From Candidatus Thorarchaeota archaeon (GTDB lineage Archaea > Asgardarchaeota > Thorarchaeia > Thorarchaeales > Thorarchaeaceae), in NCBI GenBank assembly GCA_016839445.1, contig JAEOUG010000145.1, positions 1 through 32,210 of the forward strand: a stretch of DNA of 32,210 bases. Reading direction: 5' to 3'. A model generated the notes under the pieces. The model was not told where the DNA came from and did no database searches. It saw only the letters and a list, made by a program, of their open reading frames with translations. Made by a program: the position numbers and the translations under genes. Shown here piece by piece: positions 7,340-16,738 of this stretch (the first letter of the stretch is position 1; every line of letters begins with the position of its first letter).

Positions 7340-8191
7340 ATGATTGCCGAGCTGGAGAGAATTAACCTCAACTACCAGGTGTTCGGTGAAGGGAAGCCAG
7401 TCCTGATCTTTCATGGTTACTTCGGGATATCCGATGGGATGATTGAGATCTTCGAGCCGATTTTCAGGGACTTGGATGGATGGAAGCGTATCTATCTTGA
7501 TTCGCCCGGAAACGGCAAGTCCGAAGCTCCGGACTGGATTGAATCCTCCGACCAGGTGCTACAGGTTGTGGAGGAGTTCATCGACAGAGTGGTTCCTGGA
7601 GAAGACCTGCTATTGGCCGGGTATTCGTACGGTGGCTATCTCAGCATGGGTCTTGTCAGCAGAAGACCAAAACAGATCAAGGGTGTCCTTCTGGTATGCC
7701 CTCTGGTCGAGCCTGATGATAACAAGAGACACATACCCAGCTCGGAGCTTCGGAAGGTGAATCTTGGATTCTTCGACAGCTTGGATGCGGGACTCAGAGG
7801 ACTTCTTACCAGCGGGCAAATGGGAATGGTCGTTGTGCAGCCTCGCTCCTTTGAACGTGCAGAGCGTGTTTATACTCCCGGACACCAGGCAGCGAATGCG
7901 GAGTTCCTGAACCGCATAAGGGAGCAAGCCTATAGCTTCTCCTTTGACATTCTCCAGACCCAGTTTGAGAAACCGGCCCTAATCATCACTGGCAGGCAAG
8001 ACAACTCAGTTGGTTATCTTGATGCGTGGAAGTTGGTGGAGCGCTTCAAGAGAGCATCATTCGCGGTACTTGATGCGGCGGGTCATGGTCTGCCCCTTGA
8101 ACAGGAAGAGGTCTTCGCAAGTCTCGTAAGAGAATGGATTGAGAGGGTAGAAGCCTTCGGTCAGGACTCAAGTCTGAGCCAGACACACTGA
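7340..8191 (+). CDS. Alpha/beta fold hydrolase
   Basis: IFHG, DSPGNGKS, nucleophile elbow GYSYGG, GRQD, AGHGL; ATG at 7340 is a more likely start than 7271. Confidence 0.9.
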   Translation: MIAELERINLNYQVFGEGKPVLIFHGYFGISDGMIEIFEPIFRDLDGWKRIYLDSPGNGKSEAPDWIESSDQVLQVVEEFIDRVVPGEDLLLAGYSYGGYLSMGLVSRRPKQIKGVLLVCPLVEPDDNKRHIPSSELRKVNLGFFDSLDAGLRGLLTSGQMGMVVVQPRSFERAERVYTPGHQAANAEFLNRIREQAYSFSFDILQTQFEKPALIITGRQDNSVGYLDAWKLVERFKRASFAVLDAAGHGLPLEQEEVFASLVREWIERVEAFGQDSSLSQTH

Positions 8192-8252
8192 CTCATTGAA
8201 TGTTTTCCTAGTCGACCGCGGTGTTGAATAGGCCTCCTGACATTACTGAACC

Positions 8253-8744
8253 GTGGAATCCATGGAGGTTACTATCAGAGAGATTGGTGTCATTAGAAGC
8301 CCCTTCAAAGCTAGTGACAGCATTCCAATCCAGTCTAGTATGTCTGACGCTCAGGGCGAAGCCGAGATCTTACCAGAGTACGTTGAAGGGCTGCACTCCC
8401 TTGACGGATTCTCCCACATCATTCTCCTCTACTGGTTTCATAGGACGAAGGCTGTGAAGATGCGAGTCACTCCATACCTTGACACCAAGGAACACGGTCT
8501 CTTTGCCACCCGGGCCCCGTCCAGACCGAATCCAATCGGCTTCTCTGTAGTCAGACTCCTTCGGATAGAGGGCAACCGGCTCATCTTCACTGGTGCTGAC
8601 ATGCTTGATAGCACACCGCTGCTCGACATCAAACCCTTCGTACCTCGTTTCGATAATCGTGAAGACGCAACATCCGGTTGGCTAGCCAGCTCTCTCGAGA
8701 GCAAACCAGAGGTTCATCACTCAGATGATCGGTTCCACGAATAG
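8253..8744 (+). CDS. tsaA: tRNA (N6-threonylcarbamoyladenosine(37)-N6)-methyltransferase TrmO/TsaA-like
   Basis: IGVIRSPF, FSHIILLYWFH, GLFATRAPSRPNPIG, DMLDSTPLLDIKP; start may be ATG 8262. Confidence 0.92.
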   Translation: MESMEVTIREIGVIRSPFKASDSIPIQSSMSDAQGEAEILPEYVEGLHSLDGFSHIILLYWFHRTKAVKMRVTPYLDTKEHGLFATRAPSRPNPIGFSVVRLLRIEGNRLIFTGADMLDSTPLLDIKPFVPRFDNREDATSGWLASSLESKPEVHHSDDRFHE

Positions 8745-8752
8745 ATGGTAGA

Positions 8753-9457
8753 TCAGATCAGGAGCTTTTGCTCACGTCTGAGAATGTGGTATGCCCTGTA
8801 GAGGAAGGCGAGGAAAAAGCCCAGGACCAGAATCACATCAACAGTGATACGTAGAGAGCTCTCCGCGAATAGCAGAACAGGAAGTAGCTCAACCACTACG
8901 AACAGAAACAGATAGAACCAGGAATTGGTCCACTTGTTCTGAACCAAGTACATCGCTCTGTGGTCGAGATCCTCCACCTCGCCGGGTGCGTCTTCCAGAC
9001 GAAGAGATTGCCAGTGATTTCGTGCCGACCTTGCCCCTGCAGGCTCCGCCAGCTTGAAGGTGGCCAAGACTGACAGGCCCAAGGGGGCATACGACAGCAG
9101 ATACAAGATGCTTTCTTCAGGAGGCACGAGGCTTACAAACATGGAAAGTGAGAGGAGCGTGCCAACGATGAGGATGGGAAGGCTGATCAAGATTCCGACC
9201 GCCGTATAGACCAAGCCCAATCTTAGGTCTACGCTCTGCTTCCGAATCGCTGAATGGTAGAGAAGTCCTATGACCGCCACAACAATGAGTTCCCCCCACA
9301 TCTCAGGCAGCAGGTTGCTTCCTGTTATCAGAGCAAGAACAGATGTTAAGAACATGGAAAGCCCGAAGGCCGCAAGAATGGAATTGCTTCTCCTATCCAT
9401 TCTCTGTAGCTGGGACCTGTCGACGGACAGAGATAGTCGCTCCCTGAATTCCTCCAT
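8753..9457 (-). CDS. Hypothetical integral membrane protein
   Basis: 234 aa with ~6 hydrophobic segments; GGAG just upstream of ATG. Confidence 0.7.
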   Translation of the reverse strand: MEEFRERLSLSVDRSQLQRMDRRSNSILAAFGLSMFLTSVLALITGSNLLPEMWGELIVVAVIGLLYHSAIRKQSVDLRLGLVYTAVGILISLPILIVGTLLSLSMFVSLVPPEESILYLLSYAPLGLSVLATFKLAEPAGARSARNHWQSLRLEDAPGEVEDLDHRAMYLVQNKWTNSWFYLFLFVVVELLPVLLFAESSLRITVDVILVLGFFLAFLYRAYHILRREQKLLI

Positions 9458-9665
9458 GCTCCTTCCACTTCTCCAGATACTACACTTCGCTCATCCACAT
9501 TGAAGGTTCAGAAAAGGATTCCGAGGATCCCACATAGGTCCATCCCCTGGCTGTGCGAACCATTCTGCTTCTTGTCTCTTTACATAGACTCAAATGACGA
9601 AGCACTATGGCATTGCTAAGGTGTTCAATTTGCGTATAGAACCATTGCTCAAAGCCCTCGGGAAC

Positions 9666-10061
9666 ATGTCCACTGATTTCCTCGCCACAGTGCTTGACAC
9701 ATTCCCAATGGAGTTCTCGGTCATTGATGCGGATGATAATGTTCTGTTCTGGAACCAACATGGCATTCGAATCTTCAAGCGCGGACCTGCGGTGATTGGC
9801 AGGAATGTTCGAATGTGTCACCCGAAGGATAGTCTGAACAAGGTAGAGAAGGTGCTGGAGGTCCTCAAGAGTGGAAAGCAGGACCATGTCGACTTCTGGT
9901 TGGATCTTCCCGAGGGTGAGACGCCGCGCAAGCTCCTCATTCGCTACTTCGCTATTAGGTCCGAGAAGGGAGAATACATCGGGACACTGGAGACCACAAT
10001 CAACCTCACTCCACTCCAGGCGATAAAGGGAGAGAACCGGTTAGGCGATTTCGCCCCGTAG
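9666..10061 (+). CDS. Stand-alone PAS-domain protein
   Basis: LDTFPMEFSVIDADDNVLFWN..RIFKR..AVIGRNVRMCHP..S...V..V; YFAIRSEKGEYIGTLE; likely start ATG 9666. Confidence 0.85.
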   Translation: MSTDFLATVLDTFPMEFSVIDADDNVLFWNQHGIRIFKRGPAVIGRNVRMCHPKDSLNKVEKVLEVLKSGKQDHVDFWLDLPEGETPRKLLIRYFAIRSEKGEYIGTLETTINLTPLQAIKGENRLGDFAP

Positions 10062-11360
10062 CTCAGGTTCCTCCTGTCCATTCACACGATTGTTCCGTCT
10101 CTCCCTAGCTGGATCTCTGGCTTTCACAAGCGCAAGGGCCGCCACGATCAGAAGCATCGCTGCAATGGCGAATGGAAATCCACTGATAAGGCCCGAATGA
10201 GTTTCTCCAGACACGGGGATGGCCGTGATGTCAGCAAGGTATCCTAGCAGCGAAGGTCCGACAACATACCCCATATCAGAGATTGTACGGTACATCGCCA
10301 TTGCTATTTCGAGGTTATCCTGAGGTGACACATCTGTCACATAGGCCGCAATTGGCCCTGAGAGGCCTACGAATGCACCGTAGATAGTCATATGGAGCAT
10401 TAGACTGGTGATGTCGGAAGACATAGGAAGAACTAGGATGCTCGTCGCGGTAAGGAGGAGGCATCCAATGAGCGGCCCCTTCCTTCCTATCCTATCTGAG
10501 ATTCCTCCCATTGGTGTGATGACGAGTGCTGTAGCAATTCCTGCTAGAGTGAGGACCAGTCCGATCGCACCAGATCCCAGCCCAAGATTGTTCGCGGATA
10601 GCAGGGGGATTAGAGTGCTCCTCACTCCGGTTCTGATGAAGAACAGGGCAAACGTGGCGAATGTGGCCAAGGCAAACGAGGGATAGGTAAGCACTTGCCA
10701 AATGTCGCGGGAAATTGAATCCCTTTCTTCGCTCTCCTGCTTGTTTCTAGAACTGGGCAGTCTCGGGAGAGCGAGAGTAGGAATGATGCCCACACCTGCA
10801 ACTACTGCATAAGCAAAGAAGGGTGCAGTTATGCCAAAAGCGTCGGCCAAGACCCCTCCAAATGTGGGCCCGAATATGCTACCCAAGAGGAGCATTCCCA
10901 TGTACATGCTCATCCACTGACCTCGTTTCTCCTCTCCAGCGATCTGCGCAAGGAATACATTGGCGGCGGTGACGTAGAGGGCGGAGCCGGCTCCTTCCAT
11001 CATTCTGGCCACGACTAGCAGCCAGTAGGTAGAGGCCAAGCCCGCAAGCACAGAGGACACTGCGAGTAGGAGGAGCCCTCCGATCATGATCCTCTTCTTG
11101 TCTATTCTTCTGGATAGAAGCCCTGCGGGGATGTCCAAGAAGACCCTTGTCAGTGCAAACGATGAGATGACGAATCCTACCAGCGTGTACGAGACATCGA
11201 AGCTCTCGGCATAGATCGGCAGAATGGGGGCAACCATGCTGAGTCCAAGTAGGACGAAGAACGTGACAACTGACAAGTTCACGACTGTGAGCAGACTCGG
11301 CTCGGGAACACTACCTATTGATTCATGATGGGTGTTGTCATCCTCTCGCAACAAGACCAA
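10041..11360 (-). CDS. MFS transporter
   Basis: 439 aa, ~12 TM segments, motif A-like GLLSRRIDKK and GGISDRIGRK. Confidence 0.92.
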   Translation of the reverse strand: MVLLREDDNTHHESIGSVPEPSLLTVVNLSVVTFFVLLGLSMVAPILPIYAESFDVSYTLVGFVISSFALTRVFLDIPAGLLSRRIDKKRIMIGGLLLLAVSSVLAGLASTYWLLVVARMMEGAGSALYVTAANVFLAQIAGEEKRGQWMSMYMGMLLLGSIFGPTFGGVLADAFGITAPFFAYAVVAGVGIIPTLALPRLPSSRNKQESEERDSISRDIWQVLTYPSFALATFATFALFFIRTGVRSTLIPLLSANNLGLGSGAIGLVLTLAGIATALVITPMGGISDRIGRKGPLIGCLLLTATSILVLPMSSDITSLMLHMTIYGAFVGLSGPIAAYVTDVSPQDNLEIAMAMYRTISDMGYVVGPSLLGYLADITAIPVSGETHSGLISGFPFAIAAMLLIVAALALVKARDPARERRNNRVNGQEEPELRGEIA

Positions 11361-11461
11361 TGACCTTCTCCGGTGCTACACTGTATGGAGATTAGAGGGT
11401 TGTTGGAGTCCTCCTGATAGTCTTGCTGGTCAAGCAGGTGTGTCTGAATGCCTGGGAGTGC

Positions 11462-12478
11462 CTATCTTGTTTCCAATCTCAGATCTCGAATCTGCTTCCC
11501 TATCGTGCCTTCTATTTCCCCGATTCTCTTTCGTAGACTCTCAATTGCCTTCATCTTGGCATCTAGGGCGCTCTTCTTCTCTCGGTCAATCTTCATGTAC
11601 TCCTCATAGGCCTCTGACCAGGCCTCTCGCGTTTCCGTGATCTGCTTCTTCAGGTGCTCGTACATGATACGCTTGACATGGATCGTATTCCTGAGATTGA
11701 GGAGGGCGGTTTCCTTGCCTGTGGTGAATTCCGCGAGGTCCGATTCGGCCGCCTTGAGTTTTGCCTTGAGGTCCACTAGCTCAGTCATCGAGAGTCCAAT
11801 CTGCGCTTCCTGCACGAAGTCTTGTTCAGGAACTGCCTCGCTCCGGGAATTGGCTTCCACAGTCACGACCGGAGTGGTCTGCATCTCAGCTAGTTCCTCG
11901 GGTTTCTCCTCTGCAGACGCATCGCTATCCTCCTGCCTGATCATCAGTCTGCAGAGCGATCGAAATGCCTCTTCGATGTTCTCTCCGGTGACAGCAGAGG
12001 TTTCTATGAACACGGCGGGGGTGTTCAGTTTCTCTCCGAACATCTTGGCAAAGGCCTGCCCTTCTTCAGACGTAATCACGTCCTCGGGAGGGTATGATGG
12101 GCGCAGGTCCACCTTGTTAGCTGCGATGATGAGAGGGGGAAGTCCTCCGAGGAAACCGTGTGCCTCCACAAGCCACTTCGAGGCGTTGTCAAACGATTCG
12201 CGGTCCACAACGGAGTATGCAAGAATCATGCCTGCGCATCCCTCGTAGTATCGGCGCCGGAGTCCGCTGAATGCCTCCTGACCAGCTATGTCCCAAATAA
12301 CTAGACGCACCGATAAGCCGTCCAGATCCATTGTCTTGTTGGCAAAGTCCACCCCTAGGGTGGGTATGTAGTTGGTCTTGAAGACCTGGCCGAGGTATTT
12401 CCTGCGAATGCTTGTCTTCCCAACAAACCCGTCCCCAATGAGACATACCTTGAATTGCCAACGGAGCTGCTCAGACAC
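11462..12478 (-). CDS. Rab-like small GTPase with C-terminal coiled-coil extension
   Basis: G1 GDGFVGKTS, G2 YIPTLGVDF, G3 WDIAGQE, G4 NKVD, G5 ETSA; followed by an acidic linker and ~110 aa of heptad-rich helix. Confidence 0.92.
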   Translation of the reverse strand: MSEQLRWQFKVCLIGDGFVGKTSIRRKYLGQVFKTNYIPTLGVDFANKTMDLDGLSVRLVIWDIAGQEAFSGLRRRYYEGCAGMILAYSVVDRESFDNASKWLVEAHGFLGGLPPLIIAANKVDLRPSYPPEDVITSEEGQAFAKMFGEKLNTPAVFIETSAVTGENIEEAFRSLCRLMIRQEDSDASAEEKPEELAEMQTTPVVTVEANSRSEAVPEQDFVQEAQIGLSMTELVDLKAKLKAAESDLAEFTTGKETALLNLRNTIHVKRIMYEHLKKQITETREAWSEAYEEYMKIDREKKSALDAKMKAIESLRKRIGEIEGTIGKQIRDLRLETR

Positions 12479-12600
12479 CTAACTTCCTCCGAGGGCGGCG
12501 CAATAATGGTACCAATCTGGTGCTTATAGTGGTATTTCGACTGTGCTGACGGTACTCCCTGGTCATCTAGGCCAGACGCTTCTGCACTCTCACGGATTTA

Positions 12601-12624
12601 TTTATATATCGAGATTATTCGATA
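12601..12624 (+). promoter_or_regulatory. TATA box with adjoining palindrome (candidate ArsR operator)
   Basis: TTTATATA (12601-12608) overlapping TATCGA-N6-TCGATA (12607-12624), upstream of acr3-arsR. Confidence 0.6.
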
Positions 12625-12675
12625 ATAAACAGAAGGCCTCCGGGGAATCCGGTAGAAACAAGGAGAAACGCGAGA

Positions 12676-13704
12676 GTGACGGACGAGAAGAAGCTTGGTG
12701 TCTTTGAGAGGTATCTCCCGCTCTGGGTTGCAGTGTGTATGGCCATCGGGATTGCTCTGGCTCTTACTATCCCCGGTCTTGGAGAGTCCATCAATGCTTG
12801 GCAGATTGGAGGAATCTCAGTTCCCATTGGTGTCTGTCTTTTTCTCATGATGTACCCGGCGATGTTGAACATCAAGGCCTCAGAGCTGAGGAAGTTAGGC
12901 AGGAATCCGAAGCCGATACTGCTAACGGTAGTATCCAACTGGGTCATCGCTCCTATTGTCGGCTTTGCCTTGGCCAATCTCTTCTTGGCAGGAAATCCTG
13001 AACTGATAGTTGCCATCATCCTGCTATCTTCAAGTCCCTGCACTGCCATGGTTCTAGTGTGGGGATACCTTGCAGAAGGGAACCAGGAACAGAATGTTGT
13101 TAACACCAGTCTCAACACGGCGACAATCATCATTCTCTACGCACCGGTTGTTGCATTGCTTACAGGGATATCCTCAATCCCCCTTGACCGCGCGGCTCTG
13201 TTCATCTCTGTACTCGTCTTCATAGGGATTCCTCTGCTTCTTGGTCTTGTCAGCAGACGATCACTTGTGAAGTGGAAGGGACAGATGTGGTTCGATGAGA
13301 GGTATCGTCCTGCAGTAGGGAAGGTTGCCCTCATGGCCCTGCTCACCACTCTTGTTGTGTTGTTCTCGCTGAATGGACTTGTCATGCTCGAGAATCCAGA
13401 CCTGCTAGTGTTGGTGTCCATTCCACTTCTTCTCGGGTTTGCCGTAGTTGTCGGATACAATCTCATAGTGACGCGGGTTGCAGGGCTCGGATACAGAGAA
13501 GGTGTCATCACTGTAATCATTGGTTCCTCAAGTCACTTCGAGATTGCAATTGCTACCGCCGTTGCGATGTACGGAGTAGGATCTATTCCAGCCCTTGGCA
13601 CGACCATGGGACTTTTCTGGGAAGTGCCTGTGATGTTGGGTATAGTCTACCTTGGGAAGTACCTTCGAGACAATGACTTCTGGAGAGGAGAGGAAATGCA
13701 ATGA
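12676..13704 (+). CDS. acr3: ACR3 family arsenite efflux transporter
   Basis: FERYLPLWV, MMYPAM, NWVIAP, SPCTAMVLVW, SSHFEIAIATA, EVPVML. Confidence 0.95.
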   Translation: MTDEKKLGVFERYLPLWVAVCMAIGIALALTIPGLGESINAWQIGGISVPIGVCLFLMMYPAMLNIKASELRKLGRNPKPILLTVVSNWVIAPIVGFALANLFLAGNPELIVAIILLSSSPCTAMVLVWGYLAEGNQEQNVVNTSLNTATIIILYAPVVALLTGISSIPLDRAALFISVLVFIGIPLLLGLVSRRSLVKWKGQMWFDERYRPAVGKVALMALLTTLVVLFSLNGLVMLENPDLLVLVSIPLLLGFAVVVGYNLIVTRVAGLGYREGVITVIIGSSSHFEIAIATAVAMYGVGSIPALGTTMGLFWEVPVMLGIVYLGKYLRDNDFWRGEEMQ

Positions 13705-13994
13705 CTGAAGAAGAGACTCGAGAATGGAGGGCTGAGTTTCATCGTGCTCTTGGAAACCCAGTTCGTCTAGAGATACTCGACTATCTCTTAGAGGGAGAGC
13801 AGTGCCAGTGCGACATCTTTCCTCGTATTGGCCTGTCCCAGTCGACAGTTTCTGCATATCTCTCTCAGATGGTGCGGGCGGACATCCTGAAGGTAAGAAA
13901 GGACGGAGTCAGGAAGCTGTACAGTCTTAGCAGTCCAGAAGTGAGGGACATCGTCGGCAGTACCCGTCGTTTGGCCTTAAAGAGAACTGGTTAG
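13701..13994 (+). CDS. arsR: ArsR/SmtB family transcriptional regulator
   Basis: ALGNPVRLEILDYL, CQCD (CxC metalloid site), SQSTVSAYL; ATGA overlap with acr3. Confidence 0.9.
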   Translation: MTEEETREWRAEFHRALGNPVRLEILDYLLEGEQCQCDIFPRIGLSQSTVSAYLSQMVRADILKVRKDGVRKLYSLSSPEVRDIVGSTRRLALKRTG

Positions 13995-14078
13995 ACCGGT
14001 TCTAGGAAACTCCAAATGCCACTCTCTCTCAGATTTCCTTGTTGGCGATTGGTAGGAGTGTAGAAATCCTCCTTCATA

Positions 14079-15920
14079 CTAGTCCTTGCTATGCTGCTCG
14101 ATTGTCTTGGTCCACGGCGCATACTCTCTGAAGGCCTTGTCAAGTATCTGCATGATTGGAATACCTAGGAGCAGGAACAATCCCCCCACTCCGGTTCGAA
14201 CAAGGAAGAGGTTCGCGAAATACGCAAAGACTCCACCAAAGACCACGTAGAGCAAGAACAGGACAAGCATTACTGGAGTCCAGAGGAGCGCTGCCATTCG
14301 GAACTGGAATTGCTGCCGGAAGGCGGAGAGGGATAACACAAGGCTCACTCCGAGGACAACCAATGGCAGGAACCACCCACTCAAGTAGAATGATCTGCCA
14401 TACACCTCTAGGAATCCGAGTAGTGAGAGAGATGCGCGTCCCTCTATCGAGAGATATGGAAGCAAGAATCCCGGGACAATCATGAACATGCCAATCAGGT
14501 ACGGAATCTCGCGTAGAAACACTGTGACATCAGGTCGCCACAGTCCCATCTTGATGATTGCGACTAGTCCGACGAACGACAAGAGAATGCCTAGAGGGAA
14601 CAATAGGGAGCCTGCAATGGATGAGTAGACGCATGAAGAAGTGGCCCCACCGTTCTCGCTGGCCACAAGCACGAAGAACAGGACCTCACCGATGGAGGTT
14701 GGCACAACCCATCGGGAATGGAGCTGGGCTCCATGGATGGTTCGCAGAGGCATCAAAGAAACTGACCATACAGCGCCAGGCTCCGTAGAACGCCAGCAGA
14801 CAAGGACTCCGCTTTGGTCACTCACATTGGCCGTGACATGTATCCCTCCGCCGAAAAACGTGACCTGTGAGGAGTAATCCACTTCCATGTGTGGAAGTCG
14901 TGGCTCGGCCCTGTAGTTGCTCGCTAGCCAGTTCACGATCTCTGGCCCCCAAGACGGATGGAACATGTGGCCCCAATTCGGGATTATACTGAGCGTCAGG
15001 TCTGCTTGGATGGAGTCAACAGTGTCCATCAGCGAAACCAGAGGAAAGAACTGGTCGTCTGTCCCGAACATCATGAGCACAGGTCTGGTCAGGTTTGGCG
15101 TGTAACCCAGTGGGTCGAACCACCTCACGATGTTTTCAAGCTGTACTGAATGGATGGAGTAGTCCGGCTCAATCACGCTGTTGAGCAGAGACCCAGAGGT
15201 GATGGCATTCATCAGATTGCCGCCCGATATGATGTGCACTGACCCGTCTACTCGGGAGTCTATTGCAGACACGATGTAAGTCACTAGTCCGCCCATAGAT
15301 GCTCCTGCTACAACGGTCGCATCTGTGTCAACTAGAGACAGTGTTTCCATCAGCGTGACCGCTCGTGCAGCGGCCCAGACAGAGTGATAGATGCTTGCAT
15401 CGCTTGGTCCGGTCGTCACGTTCAGAAACGTGCGCGGCCCCAATGGAGGATACCCTGTGGACCCACCTGATCCTGGCTGGTCAATCGCCATGACCACAAA
15501 GCCTTCTGAAGCAATCTGTCGGAGAACCTGTATGTAGACCTGATATTCTTCTCCGTAGCCATGGAGGAAGAGAATGGAGGGAATTGAGCCTGTGACGTCT
15601 GTTGGCCAGAGAATGACGGAGTTGATTCTGACATCCTCCCCGTGGTAGGACTCGCTCTGGTAGTCAAGGCGCCACTCAGTCAGGTTGATTGGTCCACTTG
15701 CCCCCTCATAGATATGTGGAGTTGTCGAGTGGTTGGAGATATCTAGGGGGAGGGACTCGGCTTCAGAGAGGTCCCAGAAGCTAGTGTCGAATGTGTCACT
15801 CTCTGGAACCTGAGCAGTTCGCTGAGGGAAGCTGGGCAGGAAAGCGAATAGAACCCCTACGCTGCAGGACAGGAAGGTTATCATGACCACGATTGAGAAA
15901 GTCGCCAGTCTCTTGTCCAC
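14079..15920 (-). CDS. Membrane-anchored alpha/beta hydrolase (esterase/peptidase-like) with C-terminal TM bundle
   Basis: 613 aa; N-terminal TM, FLHGYG, DQPGSG, GASMGG, GTDDQFF, NWGH; ~5 C-terminal TM helices. Confidence 0.85.
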   Translation of the reverse strand: MDKRLATFSIVVMITFLSCSVGVLFAFLPSFPQRTAQVPESDTFDTSFWDLSEAESLPLDISNHSTTPHIYEGASGPINLTEWRLDYQSESYHGEDVRINSVILWPTDVTGSIPSILFLHGYGEEYQVYIQVLRQIASEGFVVMAIDQPGSGGSTGYPPLGPRTFLNVTTGPSDASIYHSVWAAARAVTLMETLSLVDTDATVVAGASMGGLVTYIVSAIDSRVDGSVHIISGGNLMNAITSGSLLNSVIEPDYSIHSVQLENIVRWFDPLGYTPNLTRPVLMMFGTDDQFFPLVSLMDTVDSIQADLTLSIIPNWGHMFHPSWGPEIVNWLASNYRAEPRLPHMEVDYSSQVTFFGGGIHVTANVSDQSGVLVCWRSTEPGAVWSVSLMPLRTIHGAQLHSRWVVPTSIGEVLFFVLVASENGGATSSCVYSSIAGSLLFPLGILLSFVGLVAIIKMGLWRPDVTVFLREIPYLIGMFMIVPGFLLPYLSIEGRASLSLLGFLEVYGRSFYLSGWFLPLVVLGVSLVLSLSAFRQQFQFRMAALLWTPVMLVLFLLYVVFGGVFAYFANLFLVRTGVGGLFLLLGIPIMQILDKAFREYAPWTKTIEQHSKD

Positions 15921-16051
15921 TCTGCTGTCTCCACACGTCTCTGTGTTGTTGCTCGCAGAAGAAGGACCTCTTCAGCGAAGGTATAACTCTTACTCAGGCG
16001 GAGGTTTGGCTCCAGTAACTCTTTTCTCGCCATGATGCCTTTCATAGTGAG

Positions 16052-16726
16052 ATGACCGGGTACTACTCGGACCTGCTATCGGGCGAGCGCCTGAAGAAGT
16101 GCTATGAACTGGCTCCCGCTAGGACTCGGCAGTATCTAGAGGCCGAAATCCAGCACGTTCTGGATAACATATCTCCAGATGACGCTGTTCTGGAGCTTGG
16201 CTGCGGCTACGGTCGTGTTCTTAGAAGAATCAAGGCAAGAAGCGCATCTCTTGCAGGAATAGACACATCCTTTCACAGCCTAAAGATGGCCAGAAAGGAC
16301 GCAGGACTTGCCGAAGCCTTCCTCGCACAGATGAACGCAGGGAAGATGGCATTTGCCAGCGGCAGCTTCGATGTCGTTGTGTGTATTCAGAATGGATTAT
16401 CGGCGTTCAAACTTGACCCTAAGGAACTGCTTCTGGAGGCGCTACGGGTTATGAGGCCGGGAGGATTGTGCTTGTTCTCCACTTATGCAGAGCGCTTCTG
16501 GGAGTCTCGACTTGAATGGTTTGAAATACAGGCCAAGGCGGGCTTGCTGGGTGAGATCGACTGGAATCTGACGAAGAATGGCAAAATCATCTGCAAGGAT
16601 GGCTTCAGCGCCACTACGTTCACTGTGGATGATTTCGTGGGTCTGAGAGAAGAGCTTGCCTTGCAGGCCACAATCACAGAAGTAGACGAATCAAGCCTCT
16701 TCCTTCAGGTAACAGCAAGTGACTGA
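16052..16726 (+). CDS. Class I SAM-dependent methyltransferase
   Basis: VLELGCGYGR, GIDTS, SFDVVVC, LRVMRPGG. Confidence 0.9.
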   Translation: MTGYYSDLLSGERLKKCYELAPARTRQYLEAEIQHVLDNISPDDAVLELGCGYGRVLRRIKARSASLAGIDTSFHSLKMARKDAGLAEAFLAQMNAGKMAFASGSFDVVVCIQNGLSAFKLDPKELLLEALRVMRPGGLCLFSTYAERFWESRLEWFEIQAKAGLLGEIDWNLTKNGKIICKDGFSATTFTVDDFVGLREELALQATITEVDESSLFLQVTASD

Positions 16727-16738
16727 AATCCAGTGCGG

